A DNA stretch of 64,000 nucleotides from Eledone cirrhosa (GCA_964016885.1 OZ024740.1:203360001-203424000); one strand, 5' to 3'. Positions 11,533-25,907 are shown, counted from the stretch's first letter. Translations and numbers: made by a program. The notes: generated from the sequence alone by a model not told the origin.

Positions 11533-13699
11533 CTGGAAGTAAATTAACATTAATGTAACAAAAAAATAGATCATTTAGGTAAATTAATTGAGTTCTAATT
11601 AACAAAGATTGATACACTGAAATGAATTGAACCTCTGTCGGTTTTGACAATGAGTATTCCAGTTGTTCAATCAATGGAATGGCCTACTCATTAAATTAAC
11701 ATGTAAGTGGCTGAGCATTCTAAGGACATGTATACCCTTAACATAATTCTTAGGGCAATTCAGCATGACACAGTATGTGATAAGGCTAGCCCTTTGAATT
11801 ACTGATAAAATCCATCTAACAGGCTTCCAAACAGTTTCTGTCTACCCAATTCCATTCACAGGGCTTGGATTAATCCAAAGCTATGGTAAATAACACTTAC
11901 CTAAGATGCCATGCAGCCAGTCGAACCTAAGACTTTATGATTGCAAACCAAACTTCTTAACCATTCAGCCATGCTGCATCCACATTGAAATGTTATAATA
12001 AGAATCATCATCATCTTTAATGTCCATTTTTCCATGCTAGCATGGGTTAGACAAGTTGTCCTGTTGTGAGATAAGTCAGGTCAGATGACCATGTCTTGCT
12101 AATACAAAACTGTTTCTGGCTTGGTTTCTAAAGCTGGATGCTAACCTCATTTACATTGTGGACTAAATGCTTTTTATCGTAACACCAAACCAACCACTTT
12201 ATAGTGTGGTCTGGGTACTTTTTTTCATGACACCAACATGACCACTTTACAGTGTGGGCTGGGCACTTTTTGTCATGTCACCAACATGACCACTTTACAG
12301 TGTGGACAGGATGCTTTTGACATGGCTCCAAAACAACCACTTTACAGTGTGGAATGGGCGCTTTTTGTCATGAAGGCTAGGTGTTCTTTTGTCACGACAC
12401 CAATACGGGCACCTTACATGGTAGACTAGGAGATTTTGTTGTCACCAGCATGACTGCCTTACAGAGTGGATTGAGTGCTTTTAGCCATTTCAGCAGCATT
12501 GTGGGAGAGCATGTTCATCTATCCATGCTTGTATACATGGGATTGTCAAAAGTGGGGATGGAGGTGCATATATGGAGGGTGGGGATTGGAGAGGTAGGTT
12601 AAGGCAGTGCCTCAAAAGTGTAAACTGGGAGGTTGTGTGTAGGGTGGAGTGTTAAGGTGTGGCGGTGTATGGAAGGGGTGAGTGAAGTGGTGTATGGTGT
12701 ATACTAGAGACCACTGTACATTATTTCATCCCATGTGCATGGGAAGGCAGGTCTTCTGCATTACTGTATAATGCCAGAGATCTCGATCATGTGCCATCAC
12801 CTTTGAGAGGTGCAAACTCCAAAATTTAGAACATACAAGTGAAACAGGATACTCCAATCCATCTAAGATGACAGTAACTCCAACTAAGAACTGAAAGCAT
12901 GACAGCCCAAGCCTTCTCAGACCAGAATAGAAAGCAGATGTATGATGATAATATCATTGTTTATGTATTTATCATCTGTTTATATCAATAGATTTAGTGG
13001 TTAGGGTATTAAGATCACAATCATAAGGTCATTGGTTCAATTCCCAGACTGAGCAGTTTGTTGTGTCTTTGACCTCATTAGGTCAAGTCTACTCAATTGA
13101 AAAGAATGAGTATCAACAGTATCTGGGAGTTAACCCTGTAACAGATTAGTATCTTATCTCAGATAGATTCTCATACTCTCAGTCACTTAAAACCATTGAA
13201 ACCAAGATAAGCTTTGATTTGATGAACTTCTAAGCTTGGGAGAGGCTTTAACTTTTATTAAATTAAACAATAGGAGGATTTTGAAAAATTGACATATTTG
13301 CAGTTGGATTTTTCATTTTTTAAATTTATTTTATTGTAGGCTGGATACAGATATGACAGTCTTGTAGGCTGGTTACAGATATGACCAAATGGTTATGAAG
13401 GTCCTGGGTTCAATCTCACTGTGTGACATTTTCAGATGGAAACTCTTTAGAAGCCTGTCCAATTGACTGCATTTATCATTCAAAGGTCCAGTCATGGTCC
13501 AAACTGTGTCATACTAATTCTCCCTGGAAATTTTGATAAGAGAATGTATCTGTGGAATGTTTAGCCACTTATCCAATCATAAAAAATTAAATGTATCTGA
13601 AATTCTAAAAGTCAGCCATGTCATACACTATTATGCTGAATCTCCTTGAGAATTACATTAAGTGCACAAGTCTATGGAATGCTCAGCCACTTACAATAG

Positions 13700-13890
13700 A
13701 ATTGTTTCTACTTTAGGCACAAAGTCAGCAATTTGAAAGGGTGGGGAAAGTCAATTAAATCAACCCCAGTGCATTATTGGTGCTTTATCGACTCTGTAAG
13801 GATGATTGGCAAAGTTAACCTCGGCAGGATTTGTACTCGGAACGTAAAGGGCCGTAACTCTGTCACAAAGCATGTTGTCCGACGCTCACC
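13700..13890 (-). mobile_element. Nin/Deu-like SINE copy
   Basis: Reverse complement of the 2036-2220 family. Confidence 0.8.
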
Positions 13891-14129
13891 AATATAATAC
13901 AAGATGGACTATAGCTGCAATCCAAAAGACCAGCCTTGTCTCATACTAAATTTCTTTGAGAATTGTATTAAGGCTACACTCGTTTGTAGAATGCTCGACC
14001 ACTTACATGTTAATTTCACAAGCAGATTATTCTGTTTATCAAACAGCTAGAACATTCACTGTCAAAACCCATCGAGAACCATTCCAGTTCATTTACTTAA
14101 TAAAAAAAAGAAACAAATTGCTGACAAAC

Positions 14130-14686
14130 CTTCAATTGGTCGTGAATCTATCCATGTGATTTCCTGAGCAGGTATCATAATACTGTTGTCTATTTCTATA
14201 TTGTAACTCTCATTCTCAATTTGTTTGGAAGTTGTAAGCTTGGCTTTATGGAGAATTTTTGGTGATTTTTTCGTCTGATACAAGCAATAAAGCATTATTA
14301 AAAAGGCTGTGAAGAGCAACAGAAATTCCCACAGTAATATTTTACGGAAACCAACGACAAATGTTTGAAAGACAAAGTAACTAAATAGAATGGAGATGTT
14401 TGCCCATGTGGAAAAGAATTTGGTCCTCATCCTACTGTGGTGGCGCCGCCAGAAATGGTAACTCACTAACATAATGATCGGCATGGAAATGAATGTAATT
14501 ATTGTGGTGACAGGCCCTATAGTGCCAATCAAGATGCATGATGGTATAACAATGACAGGGAGAATGACATCAAGACGAACCTGGACTGCCCCATGACCAC
14601 AACATGAAGGTATACGACAGCGATCAATGATGGTAGCGTTCACATCTTTCATTGTATCACTTGGTATCTCCTTACAGCACAGGCAA
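14130..14686 (-). CDS. ZDHHC23: ZDHHC23-like coding exon 2 (transmembrane region)
   Basis: Polypyrimidine tract plus cAG at 14687-14688, donor GTTTGT at 14129. CLCCKEIPSDTMKDVNATIIDRCRIP...VRLDVILPVIVIP resembles the vertebrate ZDHHC23 DRLRIPW..GAKKVN..IIPPLVLLP segment (from memory). Confidence 0.93.
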
Positions 14687-16412
14687 CTGATCAAAATAGA
14701 GAGAAACATGGAAAAGATTTCCATTAAGTATTATCAAATTACGACTGCAAAATGTATAGTGTGTATATGTATTTGTATATGCACACACGTTGACCTATGG
14801 ATGCACGCACACACACAAACAAAGCCAACAATTTTGTGGGAGGTGAAAGTCAATTAAATTGACCCCAGTGTGTTACTGGTACTTTATTTTATTGACCTTG
14901 GCATTAAAGATGGTACAACATGGCACAGAATTGTATAATGTGGGTTTTATCATGAGAAAAATGTTCAACAGAAACAACAAATGTAAAAATTCTAAGAGAA
15001 AATTACCCAATAGTTTCAATACTCCTCAGCTCCCAGAACTGGGAATTCTCTCATTATGCTGGGAATTCTCCCATTATGCTGCCAATTGCAGTGGATATCT
15101 GCCAAGAGGTCACTGAACATGTCTAGCATATAAGCATAAAACTCAAAGGGCAGACCATCCAAACCAAGTAACTTACCCCTTCTGCAATAAATGACTCAGA
15201 TTGTGACTTTCTTGCTATGCTGTGCCTCCATCACTTGGGCCCATTGAACGGCATTCATTCCCTCCTGTCTAAGAGCATATATCCTCTGACAATGCAGCCT
15301 TCACATTTTGTGTTGAAGAATTGGTCAAGAGCCAGTCTCACCACAAATACATCAATTGCATTGCCTTGGATGTTTGGAAGGGCATCCAGCTATAGGAACT
15401 CTTCAGCCATGTCAAGGACACAACAACTTCCCTAATGCTGGGGCCATGGTAAAACACCCAAGTTCTTCAGTATTTTCAAAATGATTTGAAAATCATAGGT
15501 AGTGTATTTTAATTGCAATGTAGTAAGAAAAGGGTTAAACATTATATTTGTAAAATGTGCCACCAATGTGAGAAATTTAGATGGTTACAATTTAGATGAT
15601 CACAATGTTATTTTGCCCAGGTCAATTCCAAATGAACAGACCAGGATGTTCCAACCATCATCATTCCACTTTTTTTTTCTTAAGATACAAGGTGACCTCT
15701 CCAGTGTTGGTTCCACTATAAAATGTACCGAGTACACCATGTAAAGTGGTTGACATAATAGTGTTAACAATATGGTATTAGGAAGGGCATCCAAACCCTG
15801 TAAAAATAAGGTAGGGAGAAGTCTTCAGTCACATGAAGAGCATGACAACTTCCCTAGTGTTAATGCCACAATAAAATGCACTCTATATATTCTGTCAAAT
15901 GGTAGTGCTGGTATCATAATAAAATTCCCCCAGTACACACTGTAAAGTGGTAGTATTGGTTCCACAATAAAATGTGCCCAGTACACTCTAGAGTGGTTGG
16001 TGTTAGGAAAAGCAACAAGCTATAGAAACCATGTCACACTGGAATGTATTGAGCAAGGTGGACCATAGCTTTGATTAAACACTAACTTGGTATGTAACAA
16101 CCTATCTAATCTATGCCAGCATAAAATGATAACAGTGTTGATGATGATGATGATGATGATGGTGATCATGATGATGATGATAAAATGTATCAAAAAATAA
16201 ATTATCCAATATGTCCCTTATTCCTTCAATAAGTTGGAAAGGTTTTTATTTCCTTGGCAACACTAAAGAGTCTTCTGTACACTGATGTCTCCATTTCTTT
16301 GTACTAACTACTTTACAGAGTATACTGGTTGCATTTTACCAAAGTTAAGTTGTCATGTCCTCAGCAAGACTAAAGAGACCATAGGTTATCTCAGATAAGA
16401 AAAGAAACTTAC

Positions 16413-16525
16413 TCATCACAAGCTTTATCCAAATCCTCACAATCACAACAGCAAGCCATAATGTGACTTCTCTCCCCATTTTTGTTGATGTATTCACAAC
16501 AACATAGAACTGATTGGTCAGACAT
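16413..16525 (-). CDS. ZDHHC23: ZDHHC23-like first coding exon (absent from the ORF track in this frame)
   Basis: ATG at 16525 gives MSDQSVLCCCEYINKNGERSHIMACCCDCEDLDKACD, the ZDHHC23 N-terminal LCCCEY..NGE..H...C.CDC.DLD..CD signature. GTAAGT donor at 16412. Exons sum to 113+557+112+177+253=1212 nt = 403 aa + stop. Confidence 0.95.
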
Positions 16526-17469
16526 TTGGAATAAGTTAATCCAATGCACTTTACTTCTGATTTCAATTAAAATTCCCTGAAATTAGAAAGCAAAAGAGGA
16601 AAATGTTGCATCATTAACATGAAAATAATGTTGGTGGAAAATACTAAGTATGGTTTAATTACATAATTGTATGTCAAACATGGTTATTTAACCCTTTTAA
16701 TACCAACCTGGTCAAAACTGGTTCTGTCCAACCCTTGCTATCAAAGAAAATAGACATTAAATGATGATGGTATGTAAAATGTTGAGAGAACTCTTCAATT
16801 GTGTCATAGACATGACAACCTCTCTCATGCAGGTGCTATGATAAAATGCTCTATAAAGTGGTTGGTAATAAAAATGGCATGTAACCATAGAAATATCCAA
16901 AAACCATAACGCATGTAAGCAAGATATATTTTCTCACCCATCTGGAATGGCAGTAACTTTGATTAAATACTAACTTTGCTGTAACAACTTGTTCAACTTA
17001 TGCTAGCATGGAAAAACAAACATTAATGGATTATGTGATATACATTTGTGCCACACATAACAGCAATCTAATATAAACAAGTGTCAGCCTGAAGGAAATT
17101 CAGATCAGAATTCCTGATAAATATATTTTAATCCTGTCAGTAAACTCTATCTAAACAGGATAGTCATAAACAACCATCAATCAAGCATGTCTTAGGAAAT
17201 CATGGAAAGATTTGACTATCTAAGTTAAAGTAACAGGAAATATAGATAAGACATTAAATAAATATGCATGTAGAAAGACTATTTGTTGTAAATTTAATCC
17301 ATTCGCTACCATATTTCTCATGAGAAACATTATAATTTTCAAATAATTTTGAATTTAGTAAAAAAAATGATCTTTCTCATTATTAAGCTGCTGTTTGGAA
17401 AATAATTTTAAGGTTCTGACAAAGAATTATGATGGAAACCAGGAATTTGCCACTAATAATAATAATAAT

Positions 17470-18290
17470 AATTGTTTCTACTTTTGGCACAAGGCCAGCT
17501 ATTACCCCAGTGTGTTACTGGTACTTTAATTTATCGACCCCGTAAGGATGAAAGGCAGAGTTAACCTCGGTGGGATTTGAACTCAGAATGGCAAGGGCCG
17601 TAACTCTATGCGTCAAAGCATGGCGTCCGGCCCTCTACCAATACTGCCAATCCAAATAATAATAATTTCTACTTTGGGCATAAAGCCAGCAATTTGAAGG
17701 GGAGAGGAAAGTCGATTACATCGACTCCAGTGTTTACAGGTACTTTATTTTATCGACCCTGTAGTGAGGCAAGGCAAAGCTAACCTCAGCGGGTTTTGAA
17801 CCCAGAGCGCAAAGGTATGTAACTATATGCTGCAAAGCATGTTCAATACTGCCAATCCATTGCCCTTAAATAAAAGTTTCTAATTTAGGCACAAGGTCAA
17901 CAAATTTGGGGGAGGGGAAGTCGATTAAAGCAACACCAATGCATTACTGGTACTTTATTTTATCGATTCCGCAAGGATGAAAGGCAAAGCTAACCGTGGT
18001 GGAATTTGAATTCAGAACGCAAAGAGATGTAACTATATACTGCAATGCATGTTGTCTACTGCTCTACTGATACTGCTGATTCAACACTCTTAATAATAAT
18101 AATTGTTTATACTTTTGGCACAGGGCCAGCAATTATCCCAGTGCATTACTGGTGCTTTATTTTGTCGATGGCGTAAGGATGAAAGGCAAAGTTAACCTCG
18201 GCGGGATTTTAAATCAGACCCTAAAGGAGCGTAACTCTATGCTTCAAAGCATGGTGTCTGACCCTCTACCAATACTGCCAATCCACAATA
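17470..18290 (-). mobile_element. Four tandem head-to-tail Nin/Deu-like SINE copies
   Basis: Units begin (plus strand) TTGTTTCTACTTT.GGCACAAGG at ~17470, 17665, 17875 and 18100, separated by (AAT)n. Confidence 0.88.
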
Positions 18291-18946
18291 TTGATTTCTT
18301 TATTAGCCACACTAGACTTACATCAAGAAAACATTAAAAATGACACAGGGCAAAACATTGAGTGTGTATGTATGTGTGTACATGTGTGGGTATATGGGTT
18401 TTGTGTGTAAACAGGGAGGTTTCCTCAAACAATCATCAAGATACCAGACATTCAAATCCAGGTCAGCTCCTATCAAGTCTGAAGGAATTGAATGCGTTAA
18501 GATCAAGTTTGAGAAGAACAATGGGGATTTCAGAAGGCAAGTTGGTGAAAGTTCTAATGGTGTGGATTGGCTATGTCACATCCAAGTTTGATGCCCACCT
18601 CCAAATGGATAGAGGAAAATTATGATGATATGCAGTTTGAGCCCAATGACAAATATACATTTGCCATGAGCTATTGCAAAGTGCACCAGACTGCAATGGG
18701 GTGGGGGTGAGACCTAACGGATTAGCACTGAAAAACAAGGGACAAGTATAGTGGGGGATATTCTCAGCTGTATTACCAGCCAATAGAGAGATTCCATCCT
18801 TAAGATGTTGGGAGTGTTGACCGTTATTCCCTACAGAAAAACGTTTTGTAAAGTGGATGCTATAGAGGCAGAATTATTGGCCAACATATTACGGCAGTTC
18901 AGAATTAGGGAGGCTGGTGTTGGTTCGTTAAATAAATGAAAAAAAT

Positions 18947-19331
18947 AATTGTTTCTACTTTAGGCACAAGGCCAGCAATTACTCAGTTCATTACTGGTAC
19001 TTTATTTTATCGACCCCGTAAGGATGAAAGGCAAAGTCAACCTCGGCGGGATTTGAACTCAGATCGTAAAGGGACGTAACTATGCTGGAAAGCATGGCGT
19101 CCGACCCTCTACCGATACTGCCAATCCACAATAATGTTATGGGGACAGCATTATCTTTAATGGCCAGTGGATTGGCAGTATCGGTAGAGGGTCGGACGCC
19201 ATGCTTTGACGCATAGAGTTACGGCCCTTGCCATTCTGAGTTCAAATCCCGCCGAGGTTAACTTTGCCTTTCATCCTTATGGGGTCGATAAAATAAAGTA
19301 CCAGTAATACACTGGGTAATTGCTGGCCTTG
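18947..19331. mobile_element. Head-to-head inverted pair of young Nin/Deu-like SINEs (18947-19130 minus, ~19165-19331 plus)
   Basis: Two full copies in opposite orientation about 35 bp apart. Confidence 0.9.
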
Positions 19332-19549
19332 TGCCAAAAGTAGAAACAATTATCTTTAAGATCAACTTCGCATTTGTGAATTTTATTCACAGTTGTATAA
19401 ATAACATTGTAAATACAGAAATAACATCACAAATTGCTCACAATTCTTTCAGAACAACATTACAAATATAATGTTGATAAACACAAATATAAACGCATAA
19501 AATAGAAAAAGAAAAAAAAAGGGAAGCAAAAACAAAACCGTACTTGGAC

Positions 19550-19900
19550 CCCGTACAGTCGAGCTCCTCCGCAAGATCAGAACGTCGGCAGCCCGTCTGA
19601 GGATGAAGCCCTGCGATGTGGGGTGGCTGTTGCAGCGGGTGTCGCTGGCTATTGTCCGCGGGAATGCTTTTGCGGTCTTGACCGCGGGGCGCAGCCCAAT
19701 ACCGCCGCGCTCTAGGCTCAGAGCCCAATCACCCCTCCCCATTCTTCTGTGACACTAGAGTCCTTGCCATTCCCTCTCTTTACGTTTTTTTCCTTTTTCT
19801 CTTTATATTTTCCTATTTTACATTCCAATCTAAATACTTTTTTTTATTTTTCTATTAAACTGTATTTACATGATATATTCCATAAATAAAATTATTATCT
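19550..19900 (+). mobile_element. CRE-clade non-LTR retrotransposon 3' fragment
   Basis: GC-rich island encoding WLLQRVSLAIVRGNAFAVL, the same C-terminal motif as 50514-50570. Confidence 0.7.
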
Positions 19901-21482
19901 TTCTAGATTATTAACAGTTAAGGCAGTGGATTGGCAGTATCATCGGTAAAGCGTCAGACATCATGTTTTGCAGCATAGAGTTATGACTCTTTACGTTCTG
20001 AGTTCAAATCCCGTCGAGGTTAACTTTGCCTTTCATCCTTATATATGTTTGCAAATTATTAACGCTTTCGTAACCGTTTTTATACAGAAATTCTCATTTA
20101 AAAAATAACCAGGTATTTGTAGAGATTAAACTTTCCTATTATTAGGCTGGTGTTTTGGAACATAACAAATGTTCTTACATAAAATTTCGATGGGATGATT
20201 TTGGATAATTATAAATACTTTAAAACATACAACTTTATATCATAAGCTGGGACGGTTTCATCAGCTTTAATATCAAAAGGGTGAATATTTTAACGATAAA
20301 TGATATCTGTTTATCTTTAGCACTAAAGTATATTCTAATACGAACAGAACATTAGGAAATTACCATTGTGTGTGTGGGGGGGGGGGGGGTTAAACTGAAG
20401 TGAACGTCAAGGCTTTTCATTTGACCATGATCGAAAACACCTACATTCTAACACGATCCAGCCATGACAATCCTGTAGTATATTATTATTAATTGTAATA
20501 GTATATCGTGGATTACACTACCCAATGTGTCGCCCCATAAGAAGGAATATTTAACTGCTATTTCTAGCGGGTGGGACAACCTAATGGAACAATTTCCTCC
20601 CCTTCGGAAGTAGTATGATCAGACCAGACTCAAACCTGGTGGTTTTAATCGGGCATATGCCTACAATATTTCGAGAATCCACTCCTCACAAATTCTAGTT
20701 CTTTTATTTTGTTTTATCTATTGCATGTAAATTCTTCATGTACACTATTAAAAGATCGATCGACTTTCGTCAAATCGGACCGAGGAAAACAATGTTTCTA
20801 TTGGTCTTTCCGATTGCTAATACTATCTATCGGTCGCAACTCCAGGTAGAAGGAACAACGTGAAATAAAGTGTCTTGCTCAAGGACATAACGCAGGAATC
20901 GAACTCACAACCTCAAAATTGCGAATGCAATTCTCTAACCACTTAGCCACAACAGGTATATACAAGGAACTAACACAAACTGAGTACTACTAAAATATTT
21001 AATAGGCAGTTTAAAATGGGACCTACATTTCACTTCTGGCCTTTGTATACTACCAGATTTACACGAAATTTAAGTATGACATAGTTGTTGATGTACAAGA
21101 AAAAAAATCAGAGACGCGGACAAAATCTCGTCTGCACGAAAAAGCATGTAAATGTAAAAATATTCTACACACCTAGAGTATTCCGACCATAAAAAATAAT
21201 CTGAATGGTAGCATATCCTCTGATGATCAATTAAAATCTGTACAGCTTGAAGTTTCTATTTACATATATATATGTATATATTCATATCTTTGTTTAGTTT
21301 AATAATGTTGTTACTTTCTCTCTTGTACCATCGATACGAGTAAAAGAAACAGACTCTCTATCCACTGCCGCTTATTTGACTAATATTGCCTTATTTAATT
21401 AAAGAGTTCTAGTCACACATCCGCATCAAACATTTCACACTTTCAATATACGTACACACACACATACATATATATATATATA

Positions 21483-21855
21483 CTAGCTGTCCCGCCTGGC
21501 TGGCGTCCGGCTAGGTATACCTGCCCCCACCACTCCACTGCAAAGATACCACACACCCTTCCGTGTCACATTGTCCTTCCAACTCTCTCTCTCTGTCTAA
21601 CGGTCTATCTCTCTCTTTTTCCCCTCCCTCTGTTTTTCTGTCTCTCTCTGTAGATGTGTGTGTGTGTAGTTTTCCTAATCTTTCTCTCTCTCTCTCTTCT
21701 TCTTTCTCTCTTCTTCTCTCTCTCTCTATTGAAGGGAGATACGGAAAACTAAAACAGTGTTGTCATATAGAGAGTGAAGAGGCGCCAGAGAGAGTGAAGG
21801 CAGTTAAATTATAGAGAGGGGGAATGATCTTACATACATACATATAAAGTATAGA
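21483..21855 (-). mobile_element. Non-autonomous Helitron-like element
   Basis: Minus strand reads A|TCTATAC ... GC hairpin (CGCC-AGCCA-GGCG) ... CTAG|T, which are canonical Helitron ends in an AT target. Confidence 0.65.
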
Positions 21856-22134
21856 TATTGTGTGTGTGTGTTTGTGTATGTGTATGTGTGTATGTGTATG
21901 TGTGTGTCTGTGTGTTTTGTTTTGATGTTATATTATGTGTGTGTCAAACTTTGTCGAGGGCACTTTTGACCGCAGCCAGTTAGAATCTTATCTTTCCTTC
22001 ACTCGATAACAATGTATTTCATGTCTGAAATTATTTACTCAACTGTAATGAGTTAACGCTATGTAGATCTATTTTATTCCCTATTGTATAAATAATATTA
22101 CAAATAAAAAAAAAGAAAAGAAAAAAACACAGTA

Positions 22135-22260
22135 GCGGGTAGCACACACATGTAGGACCACATACAACACATAATCAGTTAATACACACATCTAGGACCA
22201 CATACAACACATAAGCAGGTAATACACACATCTAGGACCTCGTGCAACACATAAGGAGGT

Positions 22261-22297
<37 letters not shown>

Positions 22298-22712
22298 CTA
22301 GGACCACATACAACACATAAGGAGGTAGCACACACATATAGGACCACATACAACATATAGGCAGGTAATACATACATCTAAGACCACATACAACACATAA
22401 GCAGGTAATACACACATCTAAGACCACATACAACACATAATGGGGTCCTGGATTTTGTATTACCTGATTATAATCAGGTAATACAAACATCTAGGACTAC
22501 ATACAACACATAATCAGCTAATACAAACACCTAGGACCACATACAACACATAATCAGGTAATACATACATCTAGGACCACCTACAACACATAAGGAGGTA
22601 ATACACACATCTAGGACCACATACAACTCACAAGCAGGTAATACATACAGCTGCGATCACATGCAATACATAAGCAGGTAATACATACATCTAGGACCAC
22701 ATACAACACACG
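22135..22712. repeat. ~41-bp minisatellite (CTAGGACCACATACAACACATAAGCAGGTAATACACACAT)
   Basis: About 13 visible diverged copies. Confidence 0.92.
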
Positions 22713-24439
22713 TTGTATCATGTGCTACGGACGGCGCAAGAGCAATGGTCGGCTAACATAAGGGTTTCGTCACTCTTCTGAAGAGAGAAAATCTATCTGT
22801 ATTTGCTGTTCATTGTGTCATTCATCGACAACACTTGGCTACGAAAAAACTCAGCAAGCCGCTGAGCAAGTCCTTGCAGGTGGCCATTGATGTCATCAAT
22901 TTTATCAAACGGCATTCCCTCAATGAACGAATTTTCCGGCAACTGTGCCAAAATAATGACGAAGAATTCGTCAAGTTGCTCCTTCATACTGAAGTGAGGT
23001 GGCTTTCAAAGGGCAAGTACTTTACTCACTTCTTTGAACTCTTCGACTCTATCATTGAGTTTCTACGAGGACGCAACACAGAACTGTACAAGAAAACCCT
23101 CGATGTGAGGCAAGACTGCGCCTACCTCACCAACATCTTCGACAAATGCAATAGCGTAATTTTCGCTTTGCAGCGGAAGAAGATCACTTTGCTTAAAGCA
23201 AGGAATGCTGTGAAAACATTCCTGGTCAAATTGAATGTCATCGAAATGAATCTTTGTTGATGGGAATTCCATAATTTTCCTAGTGTCGCCAATGTTCAAA
23301 ACATTGTAAGCGATGACCAACTCCAAATTTATACCACTCACCTCCGTGCGCTACAAGACAACATGATAGAACGGTTTGTCGACCTTTTGCCGATGGACAT
23401 CCCAATGTGGATAGCAGATCCCTCCATAGCTAATGTCGACAATTTGGACGTTAAATTTCAGGAATAATTCTTTGAACTTCAAGCAGATGACATGATCAAA
23501 ATTAGATTTCCCAAAATAGGTGAACCCCTTTTTTGGGGATGCAAGGGGAAATTAAGCGTTGATTTCCACTCCTACATGCAGAGACTAAGAGATTTGCTCT
23601 GCTTTTTCCAAACTCATTCTTAGTCGAGAGGAGGTTTGGTGCTGTTTCCAGACTGCACAGTAAGTCTCGCAACCGCTACAATGTAATTACACGTGGAGAT
23701 CTCTGGCTACATCTTATGAAAATTCAGCCTCACGTCAAAGAGTTAGCTATACTCCATGAAGCTCAAGGGTCCCATTGAAATGAGGTCAAAGTTAAAGTAA
23801 GTTGATTTATCCGAAAACTTAGATAAGCTATTGTTACAAAGCAAACTAGCAATTTTTTTATTTGTAGTTGCAGTCTGACTGGACTGGAAACCATCTACTA
23901 CAATTCACTTACTCATTTGTTGTATATATTTTACCATTTGCTAATAAATATACCCTCCCGCGTGGTCATGAAAACCCTCTTCCGTGGTCTCTAAAATCAC
24001 AAAGCAGAGGGGACATCAAGTTAGATATCAACATTTATTCTGTCCGTTTCATTAAAGGGAAAATTGGAAAGCTTTGAAATGATATAATTGCGACTTTCTT
24101 CCAGATAAGAGCACTCTTGGGATAGACAGAGTTGCTCTTGTATAAATGTTCAAAATAGTTGGTATCGCCTGGTGGGAATATAACAAATTCAACTGGTCCT
24201 AATTCATAAAAAAAACATTTATGTTCCTTTTTTTAAAATTTATATTTCCTTTCAAGGAATGTATTTATACTCTCAGCTGCCTGCAATGGTATCTTTGGAA
24301 TATTGTTAATCAATTTTATAGTAATCGACTGATATCAAAATCAGTAGTATATTGAAAAATGGAAAAATAGGGTAGGGGGCGTTTCGTGATTTCGAGGGCC
24401 AAAAGGGTGCGTTTGGCCTAAATGGGTTGAGAACCTGTG
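22713..24439 (+). mobile_element. Buster/Charlie-family hAT DNA transposon remnant (pseudogenised transposase ~22713-23778, right TIR ending 24439)
   Basis: CATDGARAMVG, HCVIHRQHLA, LLLHTEVRWLSKG and terminal HEAQGSH* motifs with stops and frameshifts. Terminus ...GGGTTGAGAACCTGTG. Confidence 0.9.
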
Positions 24440-25400
24440 CCATACAGCATCACACTTCACACACTGGCGTCCTTTCATTTGTAATGAGAAACCTTTTGTT
24501 GTCAACAGAGGAAGTAACTCTCTCTTAACTTCTTCCATCCTACTCTTATTCTAGCCACTATGCTCTCAGAACACCTTCCTCCACTGCTTACTATTGATTA
24601 TGCTTGTGCATCTATGAGATATAAAGTCTTCCTTTTGGGTTGGTCTGCCTGCCATCCAACTACACCTCTTGTGTACCCAAAATTTGCATTGTGCTCATCT
24701 TATAGAGTTTCTATACACCCCTGTTCTGCATGTTGAACAGGGCCACTGCCCGGATGGGATCAGAGTCTTGCTTTCTTTCTTAATTACAAACACTAGTTTC
24801 TTCTAAGTTTATTCTGTTTCCACAATTGGGACTTATTCTCTGGTATTCAGCTATAAGAACCAGATCAACAACATACAGAAGTTCCCATGGATAGCCAGTC
24901 TTAGACTCCTCTGTTATGGCTTGGAGGACGATAATGGACAGAAGTGGGCTAAGGACCAAACCCTGATGAACTCCTACCTGTACCTTGAATTCCTCACTAA
25001 ACTCACTTCCTACTCTCACTTTACTGACAGCTCCTGTGTACATGGCTTGCACTGCTCTTACGAACCATTCTTATGCACCTAATTTCTTTAAAGACCACCA
25101 GATGACAGATCGAGGTACTTTGTCAAAGGCCTTTTCTTGATCAACAAAAGCTAAATATAGTGGCTTCTCTTGTAGTTGTGACACTAGAAGAAGTGTGTCT
25201 ATGGTACTCCTCCCAGGCAAAAACAAAAGTGCGTCTGATCTAATTTGATTATTTCCCTAATTAGATGCGCTAAAACTCTTTCCATCATTTTCATAACTTG
25301 GTCCATTAGCTTAATGCCTCTGTAGGTGTTCCTTTCTAGGAATCACCTTTTCCCTAGGAGCAATTAATGAGTATAATGCTGTGCCAATCCTTGCTAGTTC
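24440..25400 (-). mobile_element. RTE-clade LINE RT fragment
   Basis: LAFVDQEKAFDKVPR, VGVHQGLVLSPLL and PWELLYVVDLVLIAE motifs, with frameshifts. Confidence 0.88.
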
Positions 25401-25416
25401 AGCTACTTCTTCCAAG

Positions 25417-25502
<86 letters not shown>

Positions 25503-25508
25503 TCCAAG

Positions 25509-25566
<58 letters not shown>

Positions 25567-25753
25567 TAGATAAATCTACCAAGAGTTTACGGTAGTGTCC
25601 AATCCGTATGAAGAACTCAATGTATTCCGGATATCATGGAAAGAAGAGATGTAATGAAAAATCACTTTCGGTGAAAGATAAACGGTATACAGAGTCAAGA
25701 TAAAATATTAAACAAATAATGGATAAACAATTCCTTATATTAAACAAAAAAAG

Positions 25754-25907
25754 TTCATTATTTAACGATCGTTTCTAGGATATATATGTGTTAGAGTTGG
25801 CATGCATATTCAACAGATCTATGTACAAAATTATACAAAATTATACAAACTATCAAGATTAAATATACATACCAACACATATATACGCCGTCTTCAGAAA
25901 TAATGAA
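25754..25907 (-). ncRNA. Hammerhead ribozyme with very long stem II (copy B, left arm)
   Basis: Reverse complement of 37241-37394. Confidence 0.75.

Noticed and set aside
14687-14724. Listed ORF start MEIFSMFLSILIS as the ZDHHC23 N-terminus
   Set aside because: It is the intron's polypyrimidine tract. The conserved N-terminal exon is at 16413-16525 and splices in frame.
22135-22712. 41-bp array as CRISPR or coding repeat
   Set aside because: Whole unit repeats in tandem with drift, and the ORFs over it are low-complexity.
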